This document shows positions 36,425 to 46,348 of a DNA stretch of 64,000 bases, piece after piece. The stretch lies in IMG/VR virus record IMGVR_UViG_3300046787_000200, positions 186,001 to 250,000 of that record; one strand, given 5' to 3'. The notes under the pieces are model-generated. The model did no database searches and had not been told where the DNA came from. It worked only from the letters and a program-made list of their open reading frames with translations. The first letter of the stretch is position 1. Each line of letters opens with the position of its first letter. Both the position numbers and the translations under genes were made by a program.

Positions 36425-37342
36425 ATGAAAACTAAATCTTTAATCAAAGCGCAGACTGTTGCTAAAATAAAAATAAAAAAAGAATTGGATAAGTTTTACA
36501 CACATCCAGACATTGCAAAGAAATTTGTTGATTATATAAATGCGTTAGTACCTTTATCTAACTTCGGCACAGTATTAGAACCTTCTGCCGGCTCAGGAAA
36601 CATATTACAATTTCTACCGAACACTGCAATTGGAATGGACCTATACCCAGAATCAAAGAATATTATTCAACAAGATTTTTTCACATATGAACCGGAAGGG
36701 TACCCCTTTCCAGGGGTACCGATAGCGTGTGTAGGTAATCCACCATTCGGTAACGGTTATATGAATCCGTTGGCTAAAGGATTTTTTAATCATGCGGCTA
36801 AATTCAGTGATGTAATAGCATTTATTGTTCCGGCAAAATGGCACACATCGTGGAAAGTTCATAAACAATTAGATACTAGATTTGGATTATATTTTAGCGA
36901 AATTCTTCCTAAAAATAGTTTTTTATTAAATGATATAGCATATGATGTAAACTGTTGTATGCAAATTTGGAGTAAGAACGCATTAGGTACCAATTTAAGA
37001 ATTATTACGAAACCAAAAACATCGCATGAAGATTTTGATTTCTTTTTGACTTGTGACAATGTTCCCAGAAAAAAAGAAGTTATCCAACAATTAACTAATA
37101 AAGAATATTGGGAATTTGGTTTGAAATACTGGGGAAAGATTGGTTTATGTGAGATCACTGACGTGCCGATAACCACTACAACTCATTACTTGTTTAAATC
37201 TAAAAAGCCCTATGTTAGGTCTATCTTAGAGCAAATTGATTGGATGAAATATGTTTCTAATATGGGAGCCCCTAATATCGGTGGCAAGTCTATTCTTGTC
37301 AAAGCATATGAAGATAAAAAACACGAACTACAAATTAAATAA
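36425..37342 (+). CDS. N6-adenine DNA methyltransferase (gamma order)
   Basis: DKFYT, LEPSAGSG (motif I), GNPPF (motif IV). Confidence 0.85.
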   Translation: MKTKSLIKAQTVAKIKIKKELDKFYTHPDIAKKFVDYINALVPLSNFGTVLEPSAGSGNILQFLPNTAIGMDLYPESKNIIQQDFFTYEPEGYPFPGVPIACVGNPPFGNGYMNPLAKGFFNHAAKFSDVIAFIVPAKWHTSWKVHKQLDTRFGLYFSEILPKNSFLLNDIAYDVNCCMQIWSKNALGTNLRIITKPKTSHEDFDFFLTCDNVPRKKEVIQQLTNKEYWEFGLKYWGKIGLCEITDVPITTTTHYLFKSKKPYVRSILEQIDWMKYVSNMGAPNIGGKSILVKAYEDKKHELQIK

Positions 37343-37771
37343 TTATAATTGATTACGTTTCTTAGCTAAGAACTGTTCAGCAATCATCACCAACTCTTGC
37401 ATTTGCTCAATACTCTCACAGTTCCATCTACGCAAACTCTTGTTAATGTTACTATTTGGATCTCTCGCTGTCTTGGCGCTAGTTCTGCTTTTCTTCATGC
37501 CCTTCATTCTAGCACAGAATGATTTACGGCGTTTAGCGGCTTTACTGCCCTTTTTAAGTTTGCTAGGTTTAGTAGTAACAGCAGTTTGAATCTTGCTACC
37601 AGGATGACTACGACGGTAGCTGGCTACACTCTTTTTACTCATGCCACCAACTCGTTTGTTATTATGCTTTGACCAATTTTCGCCTTCTTCTACATGCTCA
37701 CACTCACATGGATTTTTTCCACAATGTGGACACATGTTGCTTGATTCAGTTAAAATTTCACTTATTCTCAT
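37343..37771 (-). CDS. Basic protein with capsid-targeting-like leader and CPHCG knuckle
   Basis: MRISEILTE; RRKSFCARM...INKSLRRWNC; minus-strand TAAATA at 37828-37833. Confidence 0.75.
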   Translation of the reverse strand: MRISEILTESSNMCPHCGKNPCECEHVEEGENWSKHNNKRVGGMSKKSVASYRRSHPGSKIQTAVTTKPSKLKKGSKAAKRRKSFCARMKGMKKSRTSAKTARDPNSNINKSLRRWNCESIEQMQELVMIAEQFLAKKRNQL

Positions 37772-37789
37772 AGTATCATCCGTAAATAG

Positions 37790-37818
37790 TTGACTTTATT
37801 GCGTAAACGTGTTACAAT
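37790..37818 (+). promoter_or_regulatory. Sigma70-type promoter
   Basis: TTGACT-17-TACAAT. Confidence 0.65.
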
Positions 37819-37848
37819 ATATCTTATTATTTATCACTTCTTATTCTT

Positions 37849-38880
37849 ATGCACTCATTTGACACTACTAACAAACGTATCGGTTTCGCCTGTAAATGGG
37901 CAGAAATCAATAAAAAAGGTGAGATTGTATCTGCCGAAGGTCTTAACACTGGTGGTACTACACAAGCTTGGGCAAAGCGTAATAGTCGTAGTGTAGTAGA
38001 AGAAAAGATTATGGATGTTGCTAAACGTAACATTATGAATACTCACGCATTGGTTAAGAAAGTTGCTACACTTGAACCCGAACTACGAATGTTGCGTCTT
38101 ACTAGTGATATGCTCAGTTTCTATACTATGGATGAATACAAAGACTTTTGGCATTCAACTGATGTTCAGAATTCGCTTGAACGTTGGATGGCTCCTATCG
38201 GTGAAACTGCTCGGGCTAATGACGTTCGCTTGTCATTTCATCCTGACCAATTTGTAGTTTTAGCAAGTGACCGTGAAGAAGTAGTAAATAAGAGTATAGA
38301 TGAATTTGAATATCACGTTGACATGGCTAGATTTATGGGTTATGGTCAGAAGTTTCAGGATATCAAAATCAATGTTCACATTTCTGGTCGTAAAGGTCCT
38401 CAGGGCATCAGGGATGTGTATGGTAGACTTAGCCCTGAGGCACGAAACACACTAACACTAGAGAATGAGGAATACACACATGGACTTACTGACTGCTTAT
38501 CATTATCTGACCTCGTACCTACGGTCATGGACATACATCATCACTGGATTCGTGAGGGAGAATACATCGATTGTAATGACGTACTTGTTAAAAGGGTTAT
38601 TGACAGTTGGCGTGGCGTACGCCCTACTTTACATTATTCTGTCAGTAGGGAAGATTGTCTTGTTGAACACTCCCGAAATGAACGTCCCTCCCATAATGCG
38701 TTGATTGAGGCAGGATACAGTAAACAGAAGCTTAGGGCACACAGTGATTACTATTGGAATGATGCAGTGAACGATTGGGCATTGACATTTATTGATAGTT
38801 TTGATATGATGTGTGAAAGCAAAGCTAAGAACTTAGCTAGCTTTAAATTACTAGAGAGATACAAATGTTTGAAAAATTAA
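37849..38880 (+). CDS. uvsE: UV-damage endonuclease
   Basis: IGFAC, RLTSD, RLSFHPDQF, LENEE, DIHHH, AHSD, MCESKAKNLA. Confidence 0.92.
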   Translation: MHSFDTTNKRIGFACKWAEINKKGEIVSAEGLNTGGTTQAWAKRNSRSVVEEKIMDVAKRNIMNTHALVKKVATLEPELRMLRLTSDMLSFYTMDEYKDFWHSTDVQNSLERWMAPIGETARANDVRLSFHPDQFVVLASDREEVVNKSIDEFEYHVDMARFMGYGQKFQDIKINVHISGRKGPQGIRDVYGRLSPEARNTLTLENEEYTHGLTDCLSLSDLVPTVMDIHHHWIREGEYIDCNDVLVKRVIDSWRGVRPTLHYSVSREDCLVEHSRNERPSHNALIEAGYSKQKLRAHSDYYWNDAVNDWALTFIDSFDMMCESKAKNLASFKLLERYKCLKN

Positions 38881-39275
38881 AAAACTTATTTAAAAAGCCA
38901 GAACCTATCAAGGAACCTGCACCCAAGAAGGTTAAAGAAAAGAAAGTTGTAGCCGAGCTTACTGCTAAAGAGAAAGCTACTCAAGCAGGTGAGCCATACA
39001 TTAACATACTGAGTCTAGAAATTGACCCGGCTGATGTTAACAACGGTGCATTTGAATTAGATTGGAATGATAAGTTTATTCTAAATTTAATTCGTGCAGG
39101 TTACAAACAAAAAGATACTGACACTGATGATGTGATAGTTGATCGGTGGTTTCAAACAGTATGTAGAAATATTGCTTTAGAAGTATATGAGCAACAACAA
39201 GCTGATCCTACGAACCGTGACTTGCGAGTGGTAAGGACCAAGAACTTGGGTGGCGGCCGCACAGAGGTAAGTTGA
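38865..39275 (+). CDS. Conserved phage hypothetical protein
   Basis: GAFELDWNDKFI..L..AGY, IVDRWF. Confidence 0.75.
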   Translation: MFEKLKNLFKKPEPIKEPAPKKVKEKKVVAELTAKEKATQAGEPYINILSLEIDPADVNNGAFELDWNDKFILNLIRAGYKQKDTDTDDVIVDRWFQTVCRNIALEVYEQQQADPTNRDLRVVRTKNLGGGRTEVS

Positions 39276-39697
39276 TGAATAAAGTAGAAATTAATGTACA
39301 TAATGCCTTAGTACGCAATAAACAGCATGTAAATTGTTCATTGATTTTAAAAACGTCATACAAAGATGCATATAATTATGCGTTGTATTGTAGTGACCAT
39401 GATCACTTTTTATGTTGGGCTAGTTATGATGATTTTGATAACTATGCAAAACTAGGTATTAACAAAGTAGAATATACAGATAATGATAATTATTTAGGTG
39501 CATGTATCATACCTAGTAATAATTGGGCATTCGAAGACCATACTCCTAGTGGATTAGTCAAAACAAAAACAACTAAAGTTACTAATTATAAGACAGGCAA
39601 GAAAACTGAAATTTGGGTAGCTTTTAAGGGAAACAAACTCCGAGACCCGTCAATGCCCGAATATTGGGAATTTATTGAAAAAGCACAAAAAGGTTGA
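39275..39697 (+). CDS. Hypothetical protein
   Basis: TGATG coupling. Confidence 0.65.
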   Translation: MNKVEINVHNALVRNKQHVNCSLILKTSYKDAYNYALYCSDHDHFLCWASYDDFDNYAKLGINKVEYTDNDNYLGACIIPSNNWAFEDHTPSGLVKTKTTKVTNYKTGKKTEIWVAFKGNKLRDPSMPEYWEFIEKAQKG

Positions 39698-39722
39698 CAA
39701 CTAATGGTATTTCTGCTATAAT
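39694..39722 (+). promoter_or_regulatory. Consensus sigma70 early promoter
   Basis: TTGACA-17-TATAAT. Confidence 0.85.
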
Positions 39723-39752
39723 TAATCTATTAAATCATATAACGGATTACAA

Positions 39753-40544
39753 ATGGCAGCTATATCGTTCAATCTCTTTAAAAACTCATGTGAAGAACGT
39801 GGGTATACCGAACGGGTATATGAAGAACAAAACAACTGTGTGTTGTATACAAACAACGGTGTAAAGTGTGAGATTAAAAAGAACCACTATACCGTAGGTT
39901 GGTTGGCCCGTCCAGAAGACGTAGCCGAAATGCGTAGCCGCATTTTATCCCAAGGCTTTACTGAAAAAATTGGTAAACGTTCTCCGACCAGAAAAGATGC
40001 TAAAGATTTTATTAACATTAACTTTGACGGTGATGTACTAGAAAACTTTTGGATCATTGTTGGTACCATTGAAGCTATTGAAACCATTGTACGCAAGGTA
40101 CGTGGTCAAGCTATCAAGCCTATTCCACGTGAAGTATCCGAACGTAACATCTTTGAGAAAATCGCAAAACGTTTCAAATACTTTATCGATAATGAAGATG
40201 GGTTTGGTCTAGAAAATACTCGTGCCTTACTTGAAGGGGATAGCATCGACCATTTGATTACTATCGGCGAATCAGTTAAGCGCACCAAAGAAAATACATA
40301 CCGTGAACATATTGTTCCTTGTATTATGATTTACAATCAAGCGGTTACTATGACTATGGAAAAGCGTAGTGTAACTGAAGTAGCACAAATGATTAAAAAC
40401 AATTTGGCTATTGTGTTGATTACTAATGAAGAAGCTACATTGCTTGACAATGAATTAGATATGCAGACTAGTATGCCCGAAGGTTGGGTGTTCGGTGACG
40501 ATGTGTTTGCACGATTGTCAACTGCCCAAATACAATTGAAATAA
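39753..40544 (+). CDS. Hypothetical protein with HNH-like REHIVP motif
   Basis: 263-aa ORF; YREHIVP. Confidence 0.55.
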   Translation: MAAISFNLFKNSCEERGYTERVYEEQNNCVLYTNNGVKCEIKKNHYTVGWLARPEDVAEMRSRILSQGFTEKIGKRSPTRKDAKDFININFDGDVLENFWIIVGTIEAIETIVRKVRGQAIKPIPREVSERNIFEKIAKRFKYFIDNEDGFGLENTRALLEGDSIDHLITIGESVKRTKENTYREHIVPCIMIYNQAVTMTMEKRSVTEVAQMIKNNLAIVLITNEEATLLDNELDMQTSMPEGWVFGDDVFARLSTAQIQLK

Positions 40545-40564
40545 TCTAAATAGTAGTATATAAT
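40536..40564 (+). promoter_or_regulatory. Sigma70-type promoter
   Basis: TTGAAA-17-TATAAT. Confidence 0.6.
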
Positions 40565-40570
40565 AAACAT

Positions 40571-41584
40571 ATGAAATACGCACTAATAGACACAGCTAAC
40601 ACATTCTTTCGTGCCCGTCACGTTGCCTCACGTAACAGTGATCCTTGGGAAAAGGTGGGCATGGCACTACATCTTACACTTGCATCAGTCAATCAAATGG
40701 TGCGTAAGTTTGGAATTGATCACGTAGTATTCTGCTTAGAGGGCCGTAGCTGGCGCAAAGATCATTACGAGCCCTACAAGAAAAATCGTGTAGTTGATGC
40801 ACTATCACAAACTGAAGCAGAACGTGAAGAAAATGAAATGTTTTGGGATACATATGAAAAGTTTACTACGTATCTTAAAGAGAAAACTAATGTTTCAGTA
40901 TTGAGACACGAACGTGCCGAGGCAGATGACTTGATTGCTCGCTTCATTCACTTGCATCCTAATGATGAACATTTTATCATCAGTAGCGATACCGACTATG
41001 TTCAACTTATCAATGAAAATGTTAAACAATATAATGGTGTAGCTGGTCAACTAATTACGCTTGAAGGTTACTTTGATGATAAGGGTAAAGTAGTTAAAGA
41101 CAAGAAAACTAAAGAACCCAAGCTACTCGGTGACCCTCAATGGCATCTATTTATGAAATGTATGCGTGGTGATAGTAGTGACAATGTATTCAGTGCTTAT
41201 CCCGGTGTGCGTGAAAAAGGTACTAAGAATAAAGTTGGCTTGACTGAAGCGTATGCTGATAGACATAAGCAAGGCTTCAATTGGAACAACATGATGTTGC
41301 AACGTTGGGTTGACCACAATGAGGTTGAACACCGTGTTAAAGATGATTACGAGCGCAACCGTGTACTGATTGACTTGACTGCACAACCACAAGAAATCAA
41401 AGATGCAGTTGATGCACGTATTAAGGAGAGTGTTCGTGTAACTACTATACCTCAAGTTGGTATTCACTTTATGAAATTCTGCGGAAAATATGAACTTACT
41501 AAAATTTCTGAACAAGCCGAAACGTATGCTAAATGGCTTAATTCGCCCTATAACGGAGCCCTTCATGTTACCGAACGTACTTAA
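40571..41584 (+). CDS. rnh: T4 RNase H-like 5'-3' exonuclease (FEN family)
   Basis: LIDTAN, SWRK..Y..YKKNR, EADDLI, ISSDTDYVQL, GDSSDNV. Confidence 0.9.
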   Translation: MKYALIDTANTFFRARHVASRNSDPWEKVGMALHLTLASVNQMVRKFGIDHVVFCLEGRSWRKDHYEPYKKNRVVDALSQTEAEREENEMFWDTYEKFTTYLKEKTNVSVLRHERAEADDLIARFIHLHPNDEHFIISSDTDYVQLINENVKQYNGVAGQLITLEGYFDDKGKVVKDKKTKEPKLLGDPQWHLFMKCMRGDSSDNVFSAYPGVREKGTKNKVGLTEAYADRHKQGFNWNNMMLQRWVDHNEVEHRVKDDYERNRVLIDLTAQPQEIKDAVDARIKESVRVTTIPQVGIHFMKFCGKYELTKISEQAETYAKWLNSPYNGALHVTERT

Positions 41585-41801
41585 AAAACAAATTTATGCC
41601 GGTATACTAGAGGTTTTGAAAGATAGACGATGCTATTATCGCAGTACTGTTGGTGGCGGTTCCTATTCTTACTTCACTGAAGAAGGAGAAAAGGCAATTA
41701 TGCATTATATTAAAACAATGGCACCGACTATATTGGACCAGCATGATTATGAGATGAATGAGATTGCTAAGAAGATGGTTTGGGAAGAGTTAAAGAAGTG
41801 A
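41565..41801 (+). CDS. Hypothetical protein
   Basis: GGAG RBS before ATG 41565. Confidence 0.65.
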   Translation: MLPNVLKKQIYAGILEVLKDRRCYYRSTVGGGSYSYFTEEGEKAIMHYIKTMAPTILDQHDYEMNEIAKKMVWEELKK

Positions 41802-41899
41802 ACGATAAAATATTCTTTGGAACTGTCTTAGCATTGTTTGTTGCTATGACTGGACATCCTTGGATCGCATTGATTATATTTTGGTTGAGTATTATATGA
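41798..41899 (+). CDS. 33-aa membrane peptide (not in ORF track)
   Basis: GTGA/ATGA coupling on both sides; hydrophobic. Confidence 0.5.
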   Translation: MNDKIFFGTVLALFVAMTGHPWIALIIFWLSII

Positions 41900-42123
41900 C
41901 ATTCACAACTAATGAAATCAAGTTTAAAAAAATCAAACGAGGTGAGGCAGACTTTTTGATGACTGATGGGATAAAAGTTGTACCACGAGCCACTATCGAA
42001 ATCAGTCAATGTTGTCCAGATAACTATAAAAGTTTGATTAATGAATGCGTTGAGCACGGTTGGATTAGACCAGTAGCATATATGAAAGAATCAGAATTTG
42101 TTTGGGAAAAATTAGGAGAATAA
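41896..42123 (+). CDS. Hypothetical protein
   Basis: Coupled ORF. Confidence 0.7.
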   Translation: MTFTTNEIKFKKIKRGEADFLMTDGIKVVPRATIEISQCCPDNYKSLINECVEHGWIRPVAYMKESEFVWEKLGE

Positions 42124-42124
42124 T

Positions 42125-42370
42125 ATGGATGAAAACGAACGAGAAATAAATATCAATGGATTGACTCCTGAAGAAGTTCAAATGCTTGATATGATGTGGA
42201 GTATTGAATCAATTGAAGATATGGAAGATTGGGTAGCAAGTCTTAATAGAGATGAGCGTCTGATGGTATATCGTCTTAGGATGCTATTGATTGCAGAAAT
42301 GATTGATTACGATAATGTGCAGGATTTGTCACAAGCTAGAAACTATTTGAAAAAATTTCAGTTGAAATGA
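42125..42370 (+). CDS. Hypothetical protein
   Basis: AGGAG RBS. Confidence 0.7.
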   Translation: MDENEREININGLTPEEVQMLDMMWSIESIEDMEDWVASLNRDERLMVYRLRMLLIAEMIDYDNVQDLSQARNYLKKFQLK

Positions 42371-42831
42371 AAAAGCTTTATTACATTAAAGAAGGTAGAA
42401 AATATGTTCCAGTTTCAGAATATGATAACGAACTTTTGGATTCATTTACAAAAGGTAATCACTTGGTGTGCGTATATCCCGGAGGCAGTAGTCGCAGGTA
42501 CAATATTGATCCTAACTATGCCGCGATGATTGCCGCAGGTCGTGTCGCAGAGGATGCTATCTGTGATTCATTGATGAAATCTAGTGAATTACGACCAATG
42601 AAAGCCCCTATAACAGAAGCACAATCTAAAGCTTGGAAGAACTTTGCTAAAGAAATGGGTGATGATATCTGTGCGTTATCTTATGGCAGTACCCGTGACC
42701 ATGCTGAAGCGGCTGTAAAAGCTATGCAGGAAGAAGCACTGAAACTAATGACCAACCCTGCAGTAAAGAAAGCGTATGAACATTTTATGTTAGTATGTGA
42801 ATTAACCAAAGAACATAATGAAAACACGTGA
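42367..42831 (+). CDS. Hypothetical protein
   Basis: YIKEGRKYVPVSEYD; coupled. Confidence 0.75.
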   Translation: MKKLYYIKEGRKYVPVSEYDNELLDSFTKGNHLVCVYPGGSSRRYNIDPNYAAMIAAGRVAEDAICDSLMKSSELRPMKAPITEAQSKAWKNFAKEMGDDICALSYGSTRDHAEAAVKAMQEEALKLMTNPAVKKAYEHFMLVCELTKEHNENT

Positions 42832-43114
42832 AGAAATTATTACTGAGATGTGTTATACATATCGACACGACTATGGTTTAGACAAAGACCCTAACGATCC
42901 GCCTTGGACAGCAGGCATGACACCCGACGAGCGTAACGGCCTATATACTACAATGAGACAAATCTATGAACATAACATTGAACCAATGTTGAATCAATAT
43001 AAAGATTTACAAGAAGGCAATAGCGTTGTTATTCCTAAAGATAAAGAACATGCTGAAGCGATGGTAAGAATTGGTATGTTTTATTTGGAGCAAAAGAATG
43101 GCAAGCCTAGCTGA
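42818..43114 (+). CDS. Hypothetical protein
   Basis: MCYTYRHDYGL. Confidence 0.7.
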   Translation: MKTREEIITEMCYTYRHDYGLDKDPNDPPWTAGMTPDERNGLYTTMRQIYEHNIEPMLNQYKDLQEGNSVVIPKDKEHAEAMVRIGMFYLEQKNGKPS

Positions 43115-43373
43115 GTACTTTGAAAAGAATCGTTACAAGCCTGTATATGAATTCATGGCTAGAGTTACTGGTATGTACGGTAAGATTCGTTGGGTAGGTA
43201 GTGTGGGCAATGATACTGTTATCAGCGAACTACGTGGTCCTGAATTGCATATTCATTTGGATTTACCATTAAAGATTGACGGCAAGTATACTTATGTGTT
43301 AATATGTAAGCATAAGGGTGTAACACGATTAATAAATTTTGATGACGAAATCGTATCAAAGAAAAGGAAATAA
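43098..43373 (+). CDS. Hypothetical protein
   Basis: GGAG RBS before ATG 43098. Confidence 0.7.
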   Translation: MASLAEYFEKNRYKPVYEFMARVTGMYGKIRWVGSVGNDTVISELRGPELHIHLDLPLKIDGKYTYVLICKHKGVTRLINFDDEIVSKKRK

Positions 43374-43376
43374 ACT

Positions 43377-43844
43377 ATGACTAATAAAACACTAATTGCA
43401 AAACCTGTAGTAAAAAATCAATTCTGGATTGTAACTGACGGCAATGAAAAAGTAGGCAATGTACTTGCTGATGGGTCGGGCTTTGAAGTTAAACTTAATG
43501 GCAACAAGACACATTATAAAAATACCAAAGCTATTCAAAAAGTAGCTAACATTGAATTTCAAAATTTCAGTAGTTTTAGTAGTTCTAAAAAAGAAACACC
43601 ATTAAGTGAATATCCAACTACAGGTAAAGTATCTAATTCAGTATTAGATATTAAACGTAAATTGCATTTATTTACTAAAGGAACTAAAAGTAAATGCTAC
43701 TATGCCGCTGGGTGGTATACGTTTAAGCAAGGATCAGAAGAAAAAGTAATTTTTTGTCCAAAATACATCTTTATTCAACGTTATGAATATCGTGGTCCAT
43801 TTAAAACAAAAGACGAAGCAGAAGCATTGATAAATAATATATGA
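43377..43844 (+). CDS. Hypothetical protein
   Basis: AGGA RBS; FCPKYIFIQRY..GPFKT. Confidence 0.75.
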   Translation: MTNKTLIAKPVVKNQFWIVTDGNEKVGNVLADGSGFEVKLNGNKTHYKNTKAIQKVANIEFQNFSSFSSSKKETPLSEYPTTGKVSNSVLDIKRKLHLFTKGTKSKCYYAAGWYTFKQGSEEKVIFCPKYIFIQRYEYRGPFKTKDEAEALINNI

Positions 43845-44035
43845 TTATTATAAAGCGTTTCATTGATAAAGTAGCATCCACCCGTGGTACTAATTTAGTT
43901 TTACCCATAGATGAGGCTAAAATGTTACGAGATGAGATTGCAAAATTACTAGCAGATAATTACGAGTTACTTAATAAAGAAAGTTCACAAGATAATACTG
44001 TTATACAACTAGAAGTTAACGGTGGTAAATTTTAA
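43841..44035 (+). CDS. Hypothetical protein
   Basis: Ends GGKF; TAAATA at 43831. Confidence 0.7.
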   Translation: MIIIKRFIDKVASTRGTNLVLPIDEAKMLRDEIAKLLADNYELLNKESSQDNTVIQLEVNGGKF

Positions 44036-44328
44036 TGAGTAGAACACAACCCAAAGTACTACTAGAATTAGTAGACAAAAATACATATAAATGTGACCAA
44101 ATAGTTGAAGCATCAGGTATATGGGCAGTATTCTATGACGGTCAGCCTATCAATTTAAAAAGTCAGCATTACCAAGATCCAGATGCAACTCCTAAATATA
44201 AAAAGACTAGTTTCAGTAATCCTGGTCATGCAAGAAATCTGTGTCGTAAACTAAACGCACAATTTAAAACTGATAAATTTAGCGTTGTTTTTATGAACAA
44301 CGGCAGTAAAGTATATCCGGACGATTGA
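44035..44328 (+). CDS. Conserved phage hypothetical protein
   Basis: PKYKKTSFSNPGHA.NL. Confidence 0.75.
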   Translation: MSRTQPKVLLELVDKNTYKCDQIVEASGIWAVFYDGQPINLKSQHYQDPDATPKYKKTSFSNPGHARNLCRKLNAQFKTDKFSVVFMNNGSKVYPDD

Positions 44329-44331
44329 TAT

Positions 44332-44928
44332 ATGGCTAATGAGTTTCTTTATAAAATAAATATTCCACCTTTCATTGATATAGTTAGAGATGATTGGAAA
44401 CACAATTTAAATTGGAATTCACTAAAAAAATTGCCAGCTGTGATACCTGCCAATGTTTTGATGCAGGATCAGTATTTGAATTTTAACAATATTGAATGGA
44501 AAAATATTGTTCGTTTGCCTTTAAATCCAACTATAGAAACATTCATCCATTCTGATAACTCCGGTGATTCGATTGATCCAAACTTAGAAAATCCTAAAAT
44601 GATATGGTTTGCAATTAATTTCGTTTTATCAGGCTCAGGTAGAATGGATTATTATTTACCATCGCAGTTAGATCCTGAATCATTCTCTGATCCAGATGAT
44701 CCTTATCAGCAAAAAAATTGGACTACGAAACAACAACCATATAAAAGCTATGAGATGACACCGGGTGCATATTTAGTAAATGCTACAATACCACATAGAG
44801 CTACAGCATACAATGAAAGAATTGTATTGTCAGTAAGACCGAATCGTATGGGGGAACAAGGTATCTTACTTTGGAATAAAAGTTGGGATAATATTGTAGA
44901 TATGTTCAAAGAATACATAGTTGAATGA
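44332..44928 (+). CDS. Putative 2OG-Fe(II) oxygenase / cupin-fold protein
   Basis: IHSD, AINF, IPHRA, RIVLSVR. Confidence 0.55.
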   Translation: MANEFLYKINIPPFIDIVRDDWKHNLNWNSLKKLPAVIPANVLMQDQYLNFNNIEWKNIVRLPLNPTIETFIHSDNSGDSIDPNLENPKMIWFAINFVLSGSGRMDYYLPSQLDPESFSDPDDPYQQKNWTTKQQPYKSYEMTPGAYLVNATIPHRATAYNERIVLSVRPNRMGEQGILLWNKSWDNIVDMFKEYIVE

Positions 44929-45329
44929 CAGAACGTGTTACTAGTAAAAAACATATAACAGAATTAGTACTGGCTGAACTCCCTGACAAACATAAATTAG
45001 ATTCTAGTGCAGATGCACTTATGGTTCGTATATGGGCTAGTGGGAGACAAGAAGGTTTAAGATTGACTGAGTATGGTGATTTTATATTCAGAATGGCTGA
45101 TATTGAATATTACCAATCAGATTTTAAACTACGTGATGGTATATCAGACCATGCATACCTACTAGAAATAAACAAAAAAATCAAATGCCCATACTATTTG
45201 GGTGTAAATAAGATTGAAGGAAAGAAAAAGCAACCATATATAAGATTATATGATAGCAAGATTGCTATGATGATTGAGCTATATGGTGATATTATAACTT
45301 ACTTAGATTCAATAAAGGTAAAAAAATGA
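44925..45329 (+). CDS. Hypothetical protein
   Basis: GLRLTEYG; CPYY. Confidence 0.75.
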   Translation: MTERVTSKKHITELVLAELPDKHKLDSSADALMVRIWASGRQEGLRLTEYGDFIFRMADIEYYQSDFKLRDGISDHAYLLEINKKIKCPYYLGVNKIEGKKKQPYIRLYDSKIAMMIELYGDIITYLDSIKVKK

Positions 45330-45502
45330 CTGAAGAAAAGAAAAGCAAGAACCCGTTTATCAATATGGCTAGAGAAGCAAAAGCACGTGATATGAAATTA
45401 GCCCCAGAGAAAGCTACTCAGATACAAAAAGCTAAAGCACCTAAACCAAGTAAAGGCTTCGGTGGTGCTAGTGTAGTTCGTAGAACCGGTCGTGGTGGTT
45501 AA
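45326..45502 (+). CDS. 58-aa basic peptide ending RRTGRGG (not in ORF track)
   Basis: ATGA-coupled, AAGG RBS. Confidence 0.65.
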   Translation: MTEEKKSKNPFINMAREAKARDMKLAPEKATQIQKAKAPKPSKGFGGASVVRRTGRGG

Positions 45503-45996
45503 TACCAAACACCCTCATTACGCATACGTTTAATATAAGTTAAGAATCCACTACATACCCCGTAGCTTCTTACCTTTACCATAGAATATAAACTACGGTC
45601 GTTTATTTCCGGTAAAAACATAACACTATTATTGTTAATAGGAACTGTTCCGGGCGTTATTAGTTTACCATTACTAGCAGTCACATATGCAGGTGGAGGT
45701 GTAGGGGTTTCAAACCAAAAATAATTTGGATACACACTAATGGATTGGTCTGAAATCCAAGTCTGCATATCTTCATTCTTAGCATTAATCCAGAATCTAG
45801 GACCTTTTATATAGTCAGCACTAACTTCAAATTGCGGTACAGGTTGTCCGTTGCCTACATACAATTTATTATCTATTCTCCAAACATCAATTAAACATGA
45901 ATATCCGGATCCTAGTGCTTTGTTTATTTGTTTGGGTAGATTGGCATCTTGGTAATTGGTACCATCGTAAATTCCCTGGTAAGATATATATAACAT
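45499..45996 (-). CDS. Degenerate phosphodiesterase (GDPD-like) / hypothetical protein
   Basis: ISYQG...N.P..I..AL..GY...IDVW; minus-strand TAAATA at 46003-46008. Confidence 0.55.
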   Translation of the reverse strand: MLYISYQGIYDGTNYQDANLPKQINKALGSGYSCLIDVWRIDNKLYVGNGQPVPQFEVSADYIKGPRFWINAKNEDMQTWISDQSISVYPNYFWFETPTPPPAYVTASNGKLITPGTVPINNNSVMFLPEINDRSLYSMVKVRSYGVCSGFLTYIKRMRNEGVWY

Positions 45997-46087
45997 AATA
46001 TGTATTTATGTCAACGTATATAATAGCTGCCGCGTTATATATATGTAGACAATAAATTCTACTTCATTAACATAAAGGAAACTTAAA

Positions 46088-46348
46088 ATGAAAACATTAG
46101 CAATCGCAACATTAACAGCATTATCTTTCACAGCATTTGCCGCAGAACCAGCTAAAGCCCCTGCAACACCTGCTCCGGCAGTAGTAGCACCGGCTGCACC
46201 TGCTAAAGCAGAAGCACCAAAGACTGAAATGAAGTTGGCTAAGAAGAAAGAAGATAAAAAGGCAGATGCCACTAAAAGTGCCCCTGCCAAGACAGAAGCG
46301 GCTCCAGCAACAACTGCTCCAAAACAAGACGCCAAGCCAACTAAGTGA
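46088..46348 (+). CDS. Secreted Ala/Pro/Lys-rich low-complexity protein
   Basis: Signal peptide ending AFA; AAGGA RBS. Confidence 0.75.
   Translation: MKTLAIATLTALSFTAFAAEPAKAPATPAPAVVAPAAPAKAEAPKTEMKLAKKKEDKKADATKSAPAKTEAAPATTAPKQDAKPTK

Noticed and set aside
46010-46050. Imperfect palindrome between divergent genes as an operator
   Set aside because: Mostly TA-alternating sequence; too weak to support.
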